Source: Synergistales bacterium (GTDB taxonomy: Bacteria; Synergistota; Synergistia; Synergistales; JAFGMB01). Taken from it: DNA of 64,000 bases. The stretch is taken from NCBI GenBank assembly GCA_963666205.1, contig OY762654.1:1216001-1280000 (forward strand). The letters are read 5' to 3'. The notes below the pieces were generated by a model, which was given only the letters and a program-made list of their open reading frames with translations, was not told the origin of the DNA and did no database searches. This document shows, piece by piece, positions 1-10,993 of this stretch. A program made the position numbers and the translations under genes. The stretch's first letter is position 1; each line of letters starts with the position of its first letter.

Positions 1-2
1 AA

Positions 3-509
3 CTTCGCGAACTGCTTGGGTTGGGAACAGATCTGGGGGGTTATGCCATAATGCTTGGAGGAACCAACGGAGGGCACCTGACAAGCTTCTCCCTGGTCGA
101 TGTTACCACCCATGGCAGGGCCTGCGGACTTATGAATCCATACTATACTGTTTTCTTTGCTCCCGCCATCCCGGAACAGCTCCTGGCCATAGCAGATATA
201 TTCAAACGTCACGGCTACATCACCGAAAACCTGACTTCCCTTAGTGGACAGGAGCTGGGAGAAACTGTGGCAAAGGGTCTTATGAGTTTTGCCAGGGACA
301 TAGGATTCCCGACCACCCTGACCGAACTGGATGGATTTTCAGATGGACATATAAAAAGAGCCCTTGACGCGGCAAAGGATCCTCAGCTTAAAATGAAGCT
401 GGAAAACATGCCTGTGCCTCTTTCCACGGATCAGATAGATGAATACATGGGTCCAGTTCTTCAGGCTGCTGCGACAGGAGACCTGTCGATAATAAGAACC
501 CTGCATTAA
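3..509 (+). CDS. Iron-containing alcohol dehydrogenase family protein, C-terminal part (5'-truncated by window edge)
   Basis: Frame is open from the window start; GGHLTSFSL..HGRAC His motifs typical of the Fe-ADH C-terminal domain. Confidence 0.75.
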   Translation, partial: LRELLGLGTDLGGYAIMLGGTNGGHLTSFSLVDVTTHGRACGLMNPYYTVFFAPAIPEQLLAIADIFKRHGYITENLTSLSGQELGETVAKGLMSFARDIGFPTTLTELDGFSDGHIKRALDAAKDPQLKMKLENMPVPLSTDQIDEYMGPVLQAAATGDLSIIRTLH

Positions 510-583
510 GTATGATCGAGACAGATAACAATGTCCTTCCTGAAAACCGGAAGGCCATTGTTATCATAAATATAACCTGTTAT

Positions 584-1855
584 CTATTCCACAATTACCC
601 CTACTCCATCGGGTATAACAGAAATAGAAGCCTTTGGATCACCAAGGATCTCTTCTGCCATATCAAGAGCATCTTCTATAGAGGCAGCCCATTTCATATT
701 GAGGAATCCTATCAGTTCTTCTGGTAATGAAGTGACCATTATCACCGTAGCTTTAAGGAGAACACGGAGAAATATCTGTATCTGCCACTGATCCGGTTCT
801 GTTTCATTTCTACCCCTGGACAATATCCTCCTCAAGAGACCTTCCGGATCTTTGTGATCGCAAAAAGTATTGGCAAAAGCTTTCCCGCCTAAGCCATCAC
901 TACATTCAGCCACAAGAATGATAACTCCTCCATCTTTTACACAAGCCTCGGCAGCCGTCATTCCCTTAACTGCCTGGTAGACATTCTGGTCCATGGGGTA
1001 TCCACCATTACTTGCTATAACAATATCTGAAGGTATTGCCTTAACACATGAACGCTGCCGCACATAATCACATCCAGCAAGGTGTGCTTCTTTCATATTT
1101 CCTGAGAATGCAGCAATAATCTTTTTACTTTCATCCATAACAACGTTGCAGATAAAGGCCAGTCCTGCAGTTCGTGCAGCAAAAAGCATATCTTCATGAA
1201 TGGGATTCCCTGCCAGAATTCCTGTCCGACATCGATTATGAGAAATGAATTCGGCACAGTGATTAGCCATTATAGATCCATATCCGGCAACACCAGGAAG
1301 AACACTTTTTCTCCCTCCGCTGAAACCTGCAAAAAAATGAGGTTCAATAAATCCTTCTGCCACGAGCAGGTCTGCTTCCATAGTCAATTTATTCAGAAGC
1401 ATCCTTCCTCCCGAAGGAAGGATGCCGGCATCGACCATTTCATCCTCTGCATGACTGTTATGGACCACTATTTTCTCTCCGGATGCAATGTCAGGCCCAT
1501 ATTTTTCGACGATCTCTTCTCTTGTTGTTTCGCGGTGTCCTCCCGTTGCTATGAGAATAGTAATATCTGCATATGGATTTACGGATCTTATCTCTTCGAG
1601 TAGAAGGGGCATGATAATCCTGCTGGGGACAGGCCGGGTATGGTCACTGCTTATTATTACGATTTTCTCTTTATTAACTGACAACTCCTTTAATCTTGGT
1701 GACACCACAGGATCGAGGAGAGATCCTTTTACAATTTCAGCCTCTGAAATGAATATTCTATGGTCAGGTTCCATGGGAAGTAGTATTCCCCTTAATCTAT
1801 CTTCGGGAATCTGACAGGAAAGAAAACTCTTCCCGTAGGGAACTGAAATCATCAT
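584..1855 (-). CDS. larA: Nickel-dependent lactate racemase family protein (LarA)
   Basis: SDHTRPVP, ATGGHR, EPHFFAGFSGGRKS, GGYPMDQNVYQAVKG motifs. Confidence 0.9.
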   Translation of the reverse strand: MMISVPYGKSFLSCQIPEDRLRGILLPMEPDHRIFISEAEIVKGSLLDPVVSPRLKELSVNKEKIVIISSDHTRPVPSRIIMPLLLEEIRSVNPYADITILIATGGHRETTREEIVEKYGPDIASGEKIVVHNSHAEDEMVDAGILPSGGRMLLNKLTMEADLLVAEGFIEPHFFAGFSGGRKSVLPGVAGYGSIMANHCAEFISHNRCRTGILAGNPIHEDMLFAARTAGLAFICNVVMDESKKIIAAFSGNMKEAHLAGCDYVRQRSCVKAIPSDIVIASNGGYPMDQNVYQAVKGMTAAEACVKDGGVIILVAECSDGLGGKAFANTFCDHKDPEGLLRRILSRGRNETEPDQWQIQIFLRVLLKATVIMVTSLPEELIGFLNMKWAASIEDALDMAEEILGDPKASISVIPDGVGVIVE

Positions 1856-2324
1856 ATATCTTCACTTCTTTCAAACACAGGATCCTACCAACTTAAGCAG
1901 GGAACTCTTCAGCATGATCAGCATCGGCCATGACATACCGCAGCGATGATCCCGGGAAATGGATCTTCTGAATTATCCCGGATTTAACAGTATAGAGGTC
2001 ATCGAAATTATAATTTCACCTGGATTAAAAACAAATCACATAAAACAGAGTATTAAGCAGAATAAAAGATCTGGAGAAAGAAAAAGGTTATTTTTCAACT
2101 TTAAATAGTAGCCAGTACTGTTATTGGGATTAGAAATTGTCAGAAGATTAAGATATACTTATATTACAAAATGTTAGGGATTTCTAACATTAATATTCAA
2201 GCATAAAGAAAGGGACCTTGAAATCCTGAAATAACAGCATTTTTTAATTTAGTGCAAATGAGAAAATGATCAAGTACCTGAGAGAAATAGAGAGAAACAA
2301 CTATCGAGAGTAACAGAGAGGGAG

Positions 2325-3928
2325 GTGTCAGAAATGAGAAACAGGTTCAAACTATGCTCAGCACTTTTTGTAGCATCAGCGTTTATTATTTCGACAGGTA
2401 TAGCCTATGGAGCATCCTACGAAGAACTTGTGAAGATCTATCTGGAAAAGGAAAGTGTAGAAAAACAGATAGTATCAGAAAGAGTATATGATGTCAGTGG
2501 TGAAAATATCAATGCTGCCAAACTTTGGGAAGAGATAGCCTTCGAAAAAGATCCTTCCATAGTTTCTGAAAAGGGCACCAGGCTTTTAAATTACCTGGTA
2601 GATGGGAATGTATCAGAATGGAACCAGATTAAAGGATTTCTGGGACCAGAAGGTTACTCCAGATCACTTGTAGCATTCAATACCGCTATATACAGTATAT
2701 CTGCTCTCCTCGAGATTGGAGATCCTGTTTCTTCAAGAAAGGCTTACGATATAGCAAAGGATATTTTCGACTCCCGGCAAACTATAGAAATAATCTATCG
2801 CACTTCTGGTAGAGAGGCCTTTAAGGAAAAGGGAAAACTCAGAGAACTTGGAGGCTCTAAGTGGATAGACAACAAGGGATACGAACTCTGGAACGTGAAT
2901 GACAAGGATAGCAGGCCTTTCGGTATAGAACCTGTAAGAAAGATCAGGGGATATGTCAATGTTTCCGAGGCTGTTTCCAGAAAGATGGTATTTCTTGATT
3001 CAAAGGGTCAGGTAAATTCCGGATCTGGATTGTATGCCTGGGATTGGAAAACCGGAAAAGTCTATCGTTTACGAGACAGGGAATATTCAGACGAAGGAAG
3101 GCCTGATAGAGGAAACAGATCAGGTGAAAATCCCGGGGATGATGACAACGGAGTACCCGGCGGCGACGATGATGACAACGGAGTACCCGGCGACGACGAT
3201 GATGACGACGATGACAACGGTCAGCCCGGTGACGACGATGATGACGACGATGACAACGGTCAGCCCGGTCACGACGATGATGACGACGATGACAACGGTC
3301 AGCCCGGTGACGACGATGATGACGATGATGACAACGGTCAGCCCGGACGATGGCGACGATGATGACGATGATGACAACGGTCAGCCCGGTGACGACGATG
3401 ATGACGACGATGACAACGGTCAGCCCGGCGGCGACGATGATGACGATGATGACAACGGTCAGCCCGGTGACGACGATGATGACGATGATGACAACGGTCA
3501 GCCCGGCGGACGACGATGATGACGATGATGACAACGGTCAGCCCGGTGACGACGATGATGACGACGATGACAACGGTCAGCCCGGTGACGACGATGATGA
3601 CGATGATGACAACGGTCAGCCCGGCGGCGACGATGATGACGACGATGACAACGGCGGTCCCGGCAACGGGAACGGCAATAACGGAAATCCCGGGAACGGC
3701 GGTGGGAACAACAACGGTTCCGGTCCTGGTTCCGGTAATGGCGGAAGTAACAACGGACAAGGCGGAGATTCCAGTAACGGCGGCGGTAATGGAAACAGTG
3801 GGAATAATGGAGGTGGAGGCAGCAACTCCGGTCTGGGAGACGGTACTAACCCCGGGAATGGCTCTGATAACAACAATGCAGGAGATTCCCCGGGAGGAAA
3901 TGGCACCAATAATCCAGGTGGAAACTAG
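2325..3928 (+). CDS. Secreted protein with Asp-rich tandem repeats and Gly/Asn-rich tail; two +1 frameshifts inside the repeat array
   Basis: GGAGG RBS and signal-like N-terminus; DDDDDDDDNGQPG units continue across three frames; two repeat spacings of 43 and 40 bp instead of 39; stop at 3928. Confidence 0.7.
3137..3660 (+). repeat. 39-bp tandem repeat encoding (D)8NGQPG: 11 QPG units plus 2 VPG variants
   Basis: cagccc recurs at 3222, 3261, 3300, 3339, 3382, 3421, 3460, 3499, 3539, 3578, 3617. Confidence 0.95.
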
Positions 3929-4003
3929 ACTTAAAGCCGTTAGATATTAATTACCAGGAAGACATATTCGGATAACTTCATAACACAAATGATAGGAATA
4001 ATA

Positions 4004-4041
4004 AAACAAGAGGGCCGGCTTAAAAGCCGGCCCTCTTGTTT
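4004..4041. terminator. Bidirectional intrinsic terminator between convergent surface-protein genes
   Basis: Perfect inverted repeat aaacaagagggccggctt/aagccggccctcttgttt. Confidence 0.85.
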
Positions 4042-4063
4042 ATGCATAAAATTTTCCTGTTAA

Positions 4064-5184
4064 TTACCTTTTTCTCATGAATAGAAGAGGCAGCAGAAGA
4101 AGAAGCGCAGAGGGTGCAAGGAAACCGACCGAGCAACCGCCACCGCTGCTCTTGAAGTCATCAGGAATATGCTCATCCCATTCGAGATGAATAGTGCCTT
4201 CTCCTCCATCCTGCGCTGAACCGTAAAACACCGGGATATCAAAAGAACCGTTAAGATCATTTATTGAGAAATAACTATACCTGGAAGGAGAAAGAGAACT
4301 CTGCCAGGATATATACATAGTCCGGGGTAACCATGGCCGACAGGCCTGATCCGACCCGGCCATCCGTAAGGTCATAGATAGCCTTGGAGTAGTCAATTAT
4401 ATTATCAGTCAGAACCAGGTCTTCCCCAGAAGATTTACATCAACATGTTTACCCAACCTAATCTTCTTCTCCACTCAAAGTTCAGCTCACTATCAAGACT
4501 ATAACCGTCACTTGCCTGATCGAGGGTAAATGAAAGATCCATATCAGCACTTGTTATATCGTTAAAGGATGCAAGCAACTCATAATCTGGATCATCTTCA
4601 TCGTCAAGTGATGGGTAAAAGTAATCACTAACAACTTCAGGAGTTGCAACCTTATATACTGCTACTCTGAAGGTAGGATCCTGCTCGACTTTTATTGCTC
4701 CTATTGCAAAATAATTGCTGGAATCACCAAGATCCGCATCAATTCCGCCATATATAACCCTGCGACCAGAAACAGCACCAAAATCCCAGGAAACAGTAAC
4801 CCCATAATCACCGCTCACAAAGGTATCCCAAAACCTGGGAAAATCGAAAGCCCCATCTCCTCATCGTATTCCATAGATATTTCCTCGAAAGAAATATTGA
4901 ATGAACCGGAAACACTTCCTGATTCCTCTAATGTACGTATAAACATCCCATCCATTGGTTGATCATTTCCATCCCAGTTAGAATGTCACAGCCTGGCCTC
5001 CTACTCGAAGACCGATATCATCAGAGTTGATCAGCAGAGGTCCCTCCATGCTGGGAAAAAATTACCCGTTCCTACAAAAATATCAGCACTATCAGTCTGT
5101 GAACCGGGATCAACAACAGCAAAACCGGGCACGAGCTACAAAAAGCATAAGCGCAGTTAACATAAATACAACGAATTTCTTCAA
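4064..5184 (-). pseudogene. Frameshifted Synergist-CTERM surface protein (true pseudogene or assembly indels)
   Basis: GGAGG RBS, TTG start at 5184, signal peptide MKKFVVFMLTALMLFVA; fragments in several frames (including ORFs 4435-4818 and 4064-4396) end in SSGGGCSVGFLAPSALLLLLPLLFMRKR. Confidence 0.75.
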
Positions 5185-5460
5185 AACATATTACCTCCCT
5201 GATAAAAGAGTTATGTTGATAAAAAGAAACAGAAAAGACTTCCAAGATCTAAAAGCATTTGAAGAGTAACAACTCCTGTGAAAGGGCAGATGGATAATAT
5301 ACATCAACAACATTCTACAGAATAATAAGTAAAAATCCAAGGAAATACACTTTTATGGAAGATCCTCTGATAATGTTCCTCCTATTTCTTTGCTTTACTT
5401 TATTCTGAAATACCTTTACTCTGATGACCAATGCTCTAACCACATCTATTCTTCCAAGGA

Positions 5461-7293
5461 GTGATCATTTTGAGTAAGAGACTCTGCACCTGCGTCCTGG
5501 TTTTACTATTGCTGACGTTACTGACTGTTCCTTCACAAGCATCTCTGGAGTGGACAAGAATTACCAATCCCGGGAATGGACCGGGAGACCCCGATGGAAT
5601 AGTTCCGGGGGGTGACCGTAACAATAGTTACGCATGGTGCATGGAAGTGCTCCCAACACCTTATGGAGATTACCTTTATGTTGGAAGCAACAGGAACCTG
5701 GGTTTTTTCATCATAGGAGGAAACAGATACTTTTCTGACTCCATGATCGAGCAATATTTTAATAACGATCTTCCTTCAGCAAAGGACTTCAGATCCAGAA
5801 TATACAGATACAGACTTGATGGGAGTGAACCATGGAAAGAGGTATATGTTTCACCTACTGTTTTTTCCGGGGATGTGGGAGCTTTTTCAACAACTGCCCC
5901 AAACCTTGTGACTTTTTTTGGCGGTGAAGGTACCAATGTTACCCTTGGAAAGGAAACAGGTTACAGGGGTATGCAGGTTTTCACCCCCGCTGGCGGGGAT
6001 TTACCAAGGCTTTATGTCGTTTCTTTCAATATCCTCGGAACATATTCCAGGATACTGGAGATAGACGGTTCAGATCCTGAAAGTCAACCCAGTGAAGTTT
6101 TCAGACTGGAAGTAAATACACTCAGGGGCATAACAGAACATAACGGAAAACTCTGTGTCGGAGCAGAAGAGATATACGAAACGGAAGGACCGACTCTTCA
6201 GAAAGAAGGCAACAATACTTCCACCGAAGGATGGTCCATGATAGCCACATCAGAGGATCTCAATGGAACAGCTGTCTGGGACCTGATCAGCTATAACGGT
6301 TACCTTTACTCCTTCAACTCCCAGCTGGAAGAAATGGAAGATGGCGGATTTTCGGTCTATAAGGGATATTATGCTGGTCCGGACAACCCGGATTCAAACG
6401 AAGCCGGATGGATATGGACAACCATCGCCGGAGAAGGGGGTAAATATCCGTACTCCATGGGGCACATAAGGCCTAACGCCGCTTCTCCGTTCCTGTTCGA
6501 TGACAAAGTGTACGTGGGAACACTTGCCTCCATGCCAGAAGCTTTGATGGGTCTTGTAGCAGATGCGGCCGATCAGGATGGCTCCCTTACTGAAGCATTT
6601 CAGAATTTCAGAGCGCTCCTGGATCCACCCCAGATATACAGGTTCGACAAGGATGATGACTGGGAATTGATAACAGGAGATCCTTCTGAAAATCTGGACC
6701 TCTCTGGTAACAGGATATTCCAGGCAAGGCTTGGAAACTATGGCGGAGGTTTTTTCAATCCCAACCTGCTGCAGGTTCTGGCAGGAGATACCGAAAATTA
6801 CTCTTTTCTCCAATATGTATGGAGAATGGAACCCTATGAGGGAAAACTTTACGCTACCACCTTCGATATAAGGGTATTCCTCAGATATTTTACAAACTTT
6901 GTAACTGATCCGGATAAACTTGAAGAGATCGAGACCCTTTTATCCCGGATAGATCTTTACAATCCAGATCCGGCAGGAACGAATATTTACAGCTCTGAAG
7001 ACGGGATCAGCTGGACACCAGTAATTACTGACGGTTTTGGAGATCCCTATAACTATGGCGGAAGAACCATAAAAGCTACAGACAAGGGTCTTTTTGTCGG
7101 AACAGCCAATCCCTTCTGGGGAGCCCAGGTCTGGAAGGCAACGGCTTCTGACAGCACGGAAGAAAGTACTACTACAGTAGAGGAAACAGATGTTTCTGTT
7201 TCCTCCGGGTCGGGCTGCAGCATCGGATATATATATCCATATGCCCTGCTGTTATTCCCCCTTTTATTTGTAGTTGGAAAGAAAATCAGATAA
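5461..7293 (+). CDS. Synergist-CTERM surface protein, possibly with a beta-propeller-like domain
   Basis: Signal peptide; Ser/Thr linker; C-terminal SGSGCSIGYIYPYALLLFPLLFVVGKKIR sorting tail. Confidence 0.8.
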   Translation: MIILSKRLCTCVLVLLLLTLLTVPSQASLEWTRITNPGNGPGDPDGIVPGGDRNNSYAWCMEVLPTPYGDYLYVGSNRNLGFFIIGGNRYFSDSMIEQYFNNDLPSAKDFRSRIYRYRLDGSEPWKEVYVSPTVFSGDVGAFSTTAPNLVTFFGGEGTNVTLGKETGYRGMQVFTPAGGDLPRLYVVSFNILGTYSRILEIDGSDPESQPSEVFRLEVNTLRGITEHNGKLCVGAEEIYETEGPTLQKEGNNTSTEGWSMIATSEDLNGTAVWDLISYNGYLYSFNSQLEEMEDGGFSVYKGYYAGPDNPDSNEAGWIWTTIAGEGGKYPYSMGHIRPNAASPFLFDDKVYVGTLASMPEALMGLVADAADQDGSLTEAFQNFRALLDPPQIYRFDKDDDWELITGDPSENLDLSGNRIFQARLGNYGGGFFNPNLLQVLAGDTENYSFLQYVWRMEPYEGKLYATTFDIRVFLRYFTNFVTDPDKLEEIETLLSRIDLYNPDPAGTNIYSSEDGISWTPVITDGFGDPYNYGGRTIKATDKGLFVGTANPFWGAQVWKATASDSTEESTTTVEETDVSVSSGSGCSIGYIYPYALLLFPLLFVVGKKIR

Positions 7294-7314
7294 CAAGACC
7301 TGAAAACACATTGG

Positions 7315-7352
7315 AGGGCAGGGGAGTCATATTACTCCCCTGCCCTTTTTTT
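7315..7352 (+). terminator. Intrinsic terminator
   Basis: agggcaggggagt/actcccctgccct stem followed by a T-run. Confidence 0.85.
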
Positions 7353-7550
7353 CATTATATCTTCGGTAATAAGTGCAAGAAGTGATGACATCATCAGGGA
7401 AACTGGTCCATTATATTTTCTCCCGGGACAAAAATACGACTGACTGAAACAGAAAATAGATAAAAGGGCATTTCAGTTGAATATATTGTAATATTACCTC
7501 AATGATCCATATGTTCTACTGCAGAAAGAGAAACAGAGAGTTACTTTACC

Positions 7551-8951
7551 TTGAAAGGACTGGACCTGATGATCAGACTTAAATTAATAGATTCATTCCT
7601 GCGAAAGATCCTTTATATTATTCTCCTGATAATTACAGTAACTGCAATAGCTGACCCTTTAAAGGCGGTAGAACCCCGGGAACTGCCGCTGGACAGCGAA
7701 ATACAAGATGTGCTCACCCTTCCCCAGAATCCTTTCTTTTACCTGACTGAAGATTACAACAGAAGATTGATAACAGAAGAAGAGCAGTCCGAATACCTGG
7801 AAGAATTCAAAGAGTTTTATTTCTCTCCCTGGTTCCAGGAGAAACCCCGCCACGGAATGGATGTGCAGGAATGGATCTTCAGTCATTTTGGAGAAAAGCA
7901 GGGTTATGGTGAGAACCGACGACTGAGGACCATAAAATGGCTTGAAGAACAAAGAGCCCGGGCTAACCTTTCTGCTTTGGGCACCCTTAACCGAAAAGCT
8001 GTGTCAGTCAGGGAGACCGATCTCAGACTTCTTCCTACCCCAAGGCCCTTTTTTTACGACTTCAACCTCCCGGGAGAGGGCTACCCCTTTGATTATCTTC
8101 AGAATTCCGCTGTTCATGCAGGGGAACCTCTTTTCATATCTCACCTTTCCGGAGATGGGGCATGGGCATGGAGTGAAACATCCTACGCGGCAGGTTGGGT
8201 AAAGATCGAAGATATTGCTTTCGTGAATGATGGATTGATCCAGAAATGGACACATTTACCCCTCGGCGTTGTCATTGCTGATAATTTCCCCATAAAGGAT
8301 CAGGATGGACAGTTCTGTCTTAACGGGAGGGCTGGAACCATCCTGCCCATCACAGGCAGATACATAACAAGGAACAGGATCATAATTCCCCTGAGGGGAC
8401 TGGACGGAAATGCTATTGAAGGGACAGCCCTTCTTTCCTCCGATAAACTGGGAACACACCCTCTACCTTTCACAAGCTGGAATGCGGCACTTATCTGCGA
8501 AACCCATATGGAGATGCCCTATGGATGGGGAGGATATGGACAGAATCGTGACTGTTCAGCCACTATTCGTGATATTTTTCTCCCCTTCGGGATCTGGCTT
8601 CCCCGAAACTCCGGAGCTCAGGCAAAAACAGGCATAACTATAGATCTGGAGAACATGGAAAACACTGACAAGATACACGCTATCCTCAGGGAAGCAAGAC
8701 CTTTCTGTACCCTTGTAAACAAGAAAGGTCATGTTATGTTATACATCGGTCGATATAGGGAAAACCCGCTTATTCTTCACAATACATGGGGGATCAGAAC
8801 CCTGGATAACGGGAAAGAGGGAAGAAAAATAATCGGCAAAACAGTGATCACCACTCTGGCACCGGGCAAAGAACTCCCGGATCTCTACCCTGGAAAGGGT
8901 CTGCTTATTGACAGTATTACCGGGATCACCCTTCTGGGAGGGATACGCTGA
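7551..8951 (+). CDS. SH3-domain NlpC/P60 (C40) cell-wall peptidase
   Basis: PYGWGG..RDCS catalytic Cys motif, LPRNS, GHVMLYIG; N-terminal signal/anchor; exact start uncertain. Confidence 0.88.
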   Translation: MKGLDLMIRLKLIDSFLRKILYIILLIITVTAIADPLKAVEPRELPLDSEIQDVLTLPQNPFFYLTEDYNRRLITEEEQSEYLEEFKEFYFSPWFQEKPRHGMDVQEWIFSHFGEKQGYGENRRLRTIKWLEEQRARANLSALGTLNRKAVSVRETDLRLLPTPRPFFYDFNLPGEGYPFDYLQNSAVHAGEPLFISHLSGDGAWAWSETSYAAGWVKIEDIAFVNDGLIQKWTHLPLGVVIADNFPIKDQDGQFCLNGRAGTILPITGRYITRNRIIIPLRGLDGNAIEGTALLSSDKLGTHPLPFTSWNAALICETHMEMPYGWGGYGQNRDCSATIRDIFLPFGIWLPRNSGAQAKTGITIDLENMENTDKIHAILREARPFCTLVNKKGHVMLYIGRYRENPLILHNTWGIRTLDNGKEGRKIIGKTVITTLAPGKELPDLYPGKGLLIDSITGITLLGGIR

Positions 8952-9098
8952 CAAGGCATGCCCGATCTATTAAAAAATGTGCCTTAAAGACTCGGGGGAT
9001 AGTATGGATCATCCTTACAGATATCCCTGAAAACATGATAATGAACTTAATTTACAGGTTTTAACCTTAAACAAAAAACTGAATTTAAAGGTCAAAAC

Positions 9099-9126
9099 TT
9101 GACAAATCAAAGCTTTACGGGATAAT
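9099..9126 (+). promoter_or_regulatory. Sigma70-type promoter of the DEAD-box helicase gene
   Basis: TTGACA-16 nt-GATAAT. Confidence 0.6.
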
Positions 9127-9128
9127 TG

Positions 9129-9208
9129 CTCCATAACCGTGGAGGGAATATGAACGTGACATCCAATGGTGGATGTCACTTTTTTGTGTGCCCTCCCATG
9201 TATGGAGG
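9129..9208 (+). promoter_or_regulatory. Structured 5' leader (nested stems, terminator-like hairpin, SD-sequestering stem)
   Basis: ctccata/tatggag, ggaggg/ccctcc, and gtgacatcca/tggatgtcac followed by T6. Confidence 0.6.
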
Positions 9209-9221
9209 AATAATTATAGAT

Positions 9222-10937
9222 ATGGAACAGAAGAATTTCGGGAGTTTCGGTCTCAGGCCGGAACTATTGGCAACACTGGAGAGGAAACAGTTTCAGAATC
9301 CGACACCTGTCCAGGAAAAGGTACTCTCTCTGGACAGCCACAATATGGATCTTATAGTAAGGGCAAAGACTGGTTCAGGCAAAACCCTGGCCTTCCTTCT
9401 TCCCCTTTTCAACGAAGGAAAAGTTTCCATGGGGAAACCCAGGGTACTTGTCCTCTCCCCCACAAGGGAATTGGCACAGCAGATATCCCGTGAAGCCGAA
9501 TGGCTTGGCAGGGACCTGGATGTAAGGATCGCGACCCTGGTAGGGGGAATGGATATATCCGGGCAGATCCGCGATCTACGCAGAGGAGCTTCCCTTGTCG
9601 TAGGGACTCCGGGAAGGACCCTCGATCACATAAGAAGGGGCACCCTCAAACTAAACGAAGTACATACGGTCATCCTCGATGAAGGTGATCATATGCTTGA
9701 TATGGGATTCAGAGAAGAACTGGAAGGAATTCTCGACTCCATAGAGGACAGGGAAAGGACATGGCTCTTTTCCGCTACCATGCCTGCAGAAGTCCGCTCC
9801 CTATCCAAGAGGTATCTTAAAGAGCCTGAATATATCTCCCTTGTAGAGGATGGCGCACAGCACTCGGATATAGACCACAAGGTTTACATGGTACCCCGCA
9901 GATGCAGGCTTGATGGACTTGTTAATGTGCTCCTCTGGGCTCACTCCAAAAAAGGGCTGGTCTTCTGCCACACCCGGGCTGAAACAATGGAAGTATCTGA
10001 TCGTCTTATCCGCGAAGGTTTCACTGCGTGCTGCCTTCATGGCGATATGACCCAGAGGGAACGTAACACTGCTCTTACTTCCTTCCGTTCAGGAAAGGTA
10101 TCCCTTCTTGTAGCCACTAATGTCGCCGCGAGGGGTCTGGATGTTCCTGGAATTGAACATGTTTTTCAGTACGGCCTTCCTGACGACATTGAAACCTTTA
10201 TTCACAGGAGCGGCAGAACAGGTAGAGCCGGCCACGATGGAGAGAACATCGTAGTCCTTAATCCCATAGAATCCAGGAAGTTCAGATTCATGATCAGAGG
10301 TACCAAGATCAAGGTTGAATGGCTCCCCGTGCCCGATGGGAAAGAGATCAGGATAAAACACCGTAAAAGATATGAAGAGAAGATCCTCAATGGATCCGTA
10401 CCTTCCAGCGAGGATGTCAGAACATGGGCAGAAGACCTTCTTGAGAGAGAAGATGCCGTGAACCTTGTAACCAGACTTCTGAACCTTGTAAATAAAAAAG
10501 TTCCTTCCGGTTACGATATTCAAAAGGAACTTCAGAAAGAAATGGACAGCAGGGACCCCCGCGAAACCAGGGAGAAGAAACCTGTGAAAAACGCAAGAGT
10601 TCATCACAACAGGGGAAGGGGAACAACGGTAACTCTCCTTATGAAACAGAAGAACGGCTGGAACGTAGGCCGAGTGCTCAGATCTGTCTGCTGTGCCCTT
10701 GAAGTTGACAGGAACGAGGTTTCACAGATCACCCTGAACGAAGAGAATATAATGGTTGATCTCATGCCCCTGGCCCTTGATAAATTTCAGGATTCAGCCA
10801 GCGCCCTGAACAGATGGGGTCTTGTCCCTACCGAGAATGCCGCTGTGAAAACAGTTTCAAACCAGCGGAACTCCGCTAAAAAAAGACCTGCCGGCAGACG
10901 GCCTGGAAAGAGAGAAACTTCGAAAACCAGGAGCTGA
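9222..10937 (+). CDS. DEAD-box ATP-dependent RNA helicase (DeaD/CshA-like; motif II reads DEGD)
   Basis: Q motif, AKTGSGKT, PTRELA, TPGR, DEGD, SAT, ARGLD, HRSGRTGRAG; start set at MEQKNF after GGAGG. Confidence 0.93.
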   Translation: MEQKNFGSFGLRPELLATLERKQFQNPTPVQEKVLSLDSHNMDLIVRAKTGSGKTLAFLLPLFNEGKVSMGKPRVLVLSPTRELAQQISREAEWLGRDLDVRIATLVGGMDISGQIRDLRRGASLVVGTPGRTLDHIRRGTLKLNEVHTVILDEGDHMLDMGFREELEGILDSIEDRERTWLFSATMPAEVRSLSKRYLKEPEYISLVEDGAQHSDIDHKVYMVPRRCRLDGLVNVLLWAHSKKGLVFCHTRAETMEVSDRLIREGFTACCLHGDMTQRERNTALTSFRSGKVSLLVATNVAARGLDVPGIEHVFQYGLPDDIETFIHRSGRTGRAGHDGENIVVLNPIESRKFRFMIRGTKIKVEWLPVPDGKEIRIKHRKRYEEKILNGSVPSSEDVRTWAEDLLEREDAVNLVTRLLNLVNKKVPSGYDIQKELQKEMDSRDPRETREKKPVKNARVHHNRGRGTTVTLLMKQKNGWNVGRVLRSVCCALEVDRNEVSQITLNEENIMVDLMPLALDKFQDSASALNRWGLVPTENAAVKTVSNQRNSAKKRPAGRRPGKRETSKTRS

Positions 10938-10960
10938 CCTCAGGGGTTGCACTGAAATAT

Positions 10961-10993
10961 GAGAGGCTCTTCCCGCGGGAAGAGCCTCTTTTT
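10961..10993. terminator. Intrinsic terminator between convergent genes
   Basis: agaggctcttccc/gggaagagcctct followed by Ts. Confidence 0.8.

Noticed and set aside
3137-3660. Repeat array as CRISPR
   Set aside because: Contiguous coding repeats with no unique spacers and no cas genes
2956-3950. Several overlapping ORFs (MMTT, HHRR and VVII repeats)
   Set aside because: Alternative-frame readings of the 39-bp Asp repeat
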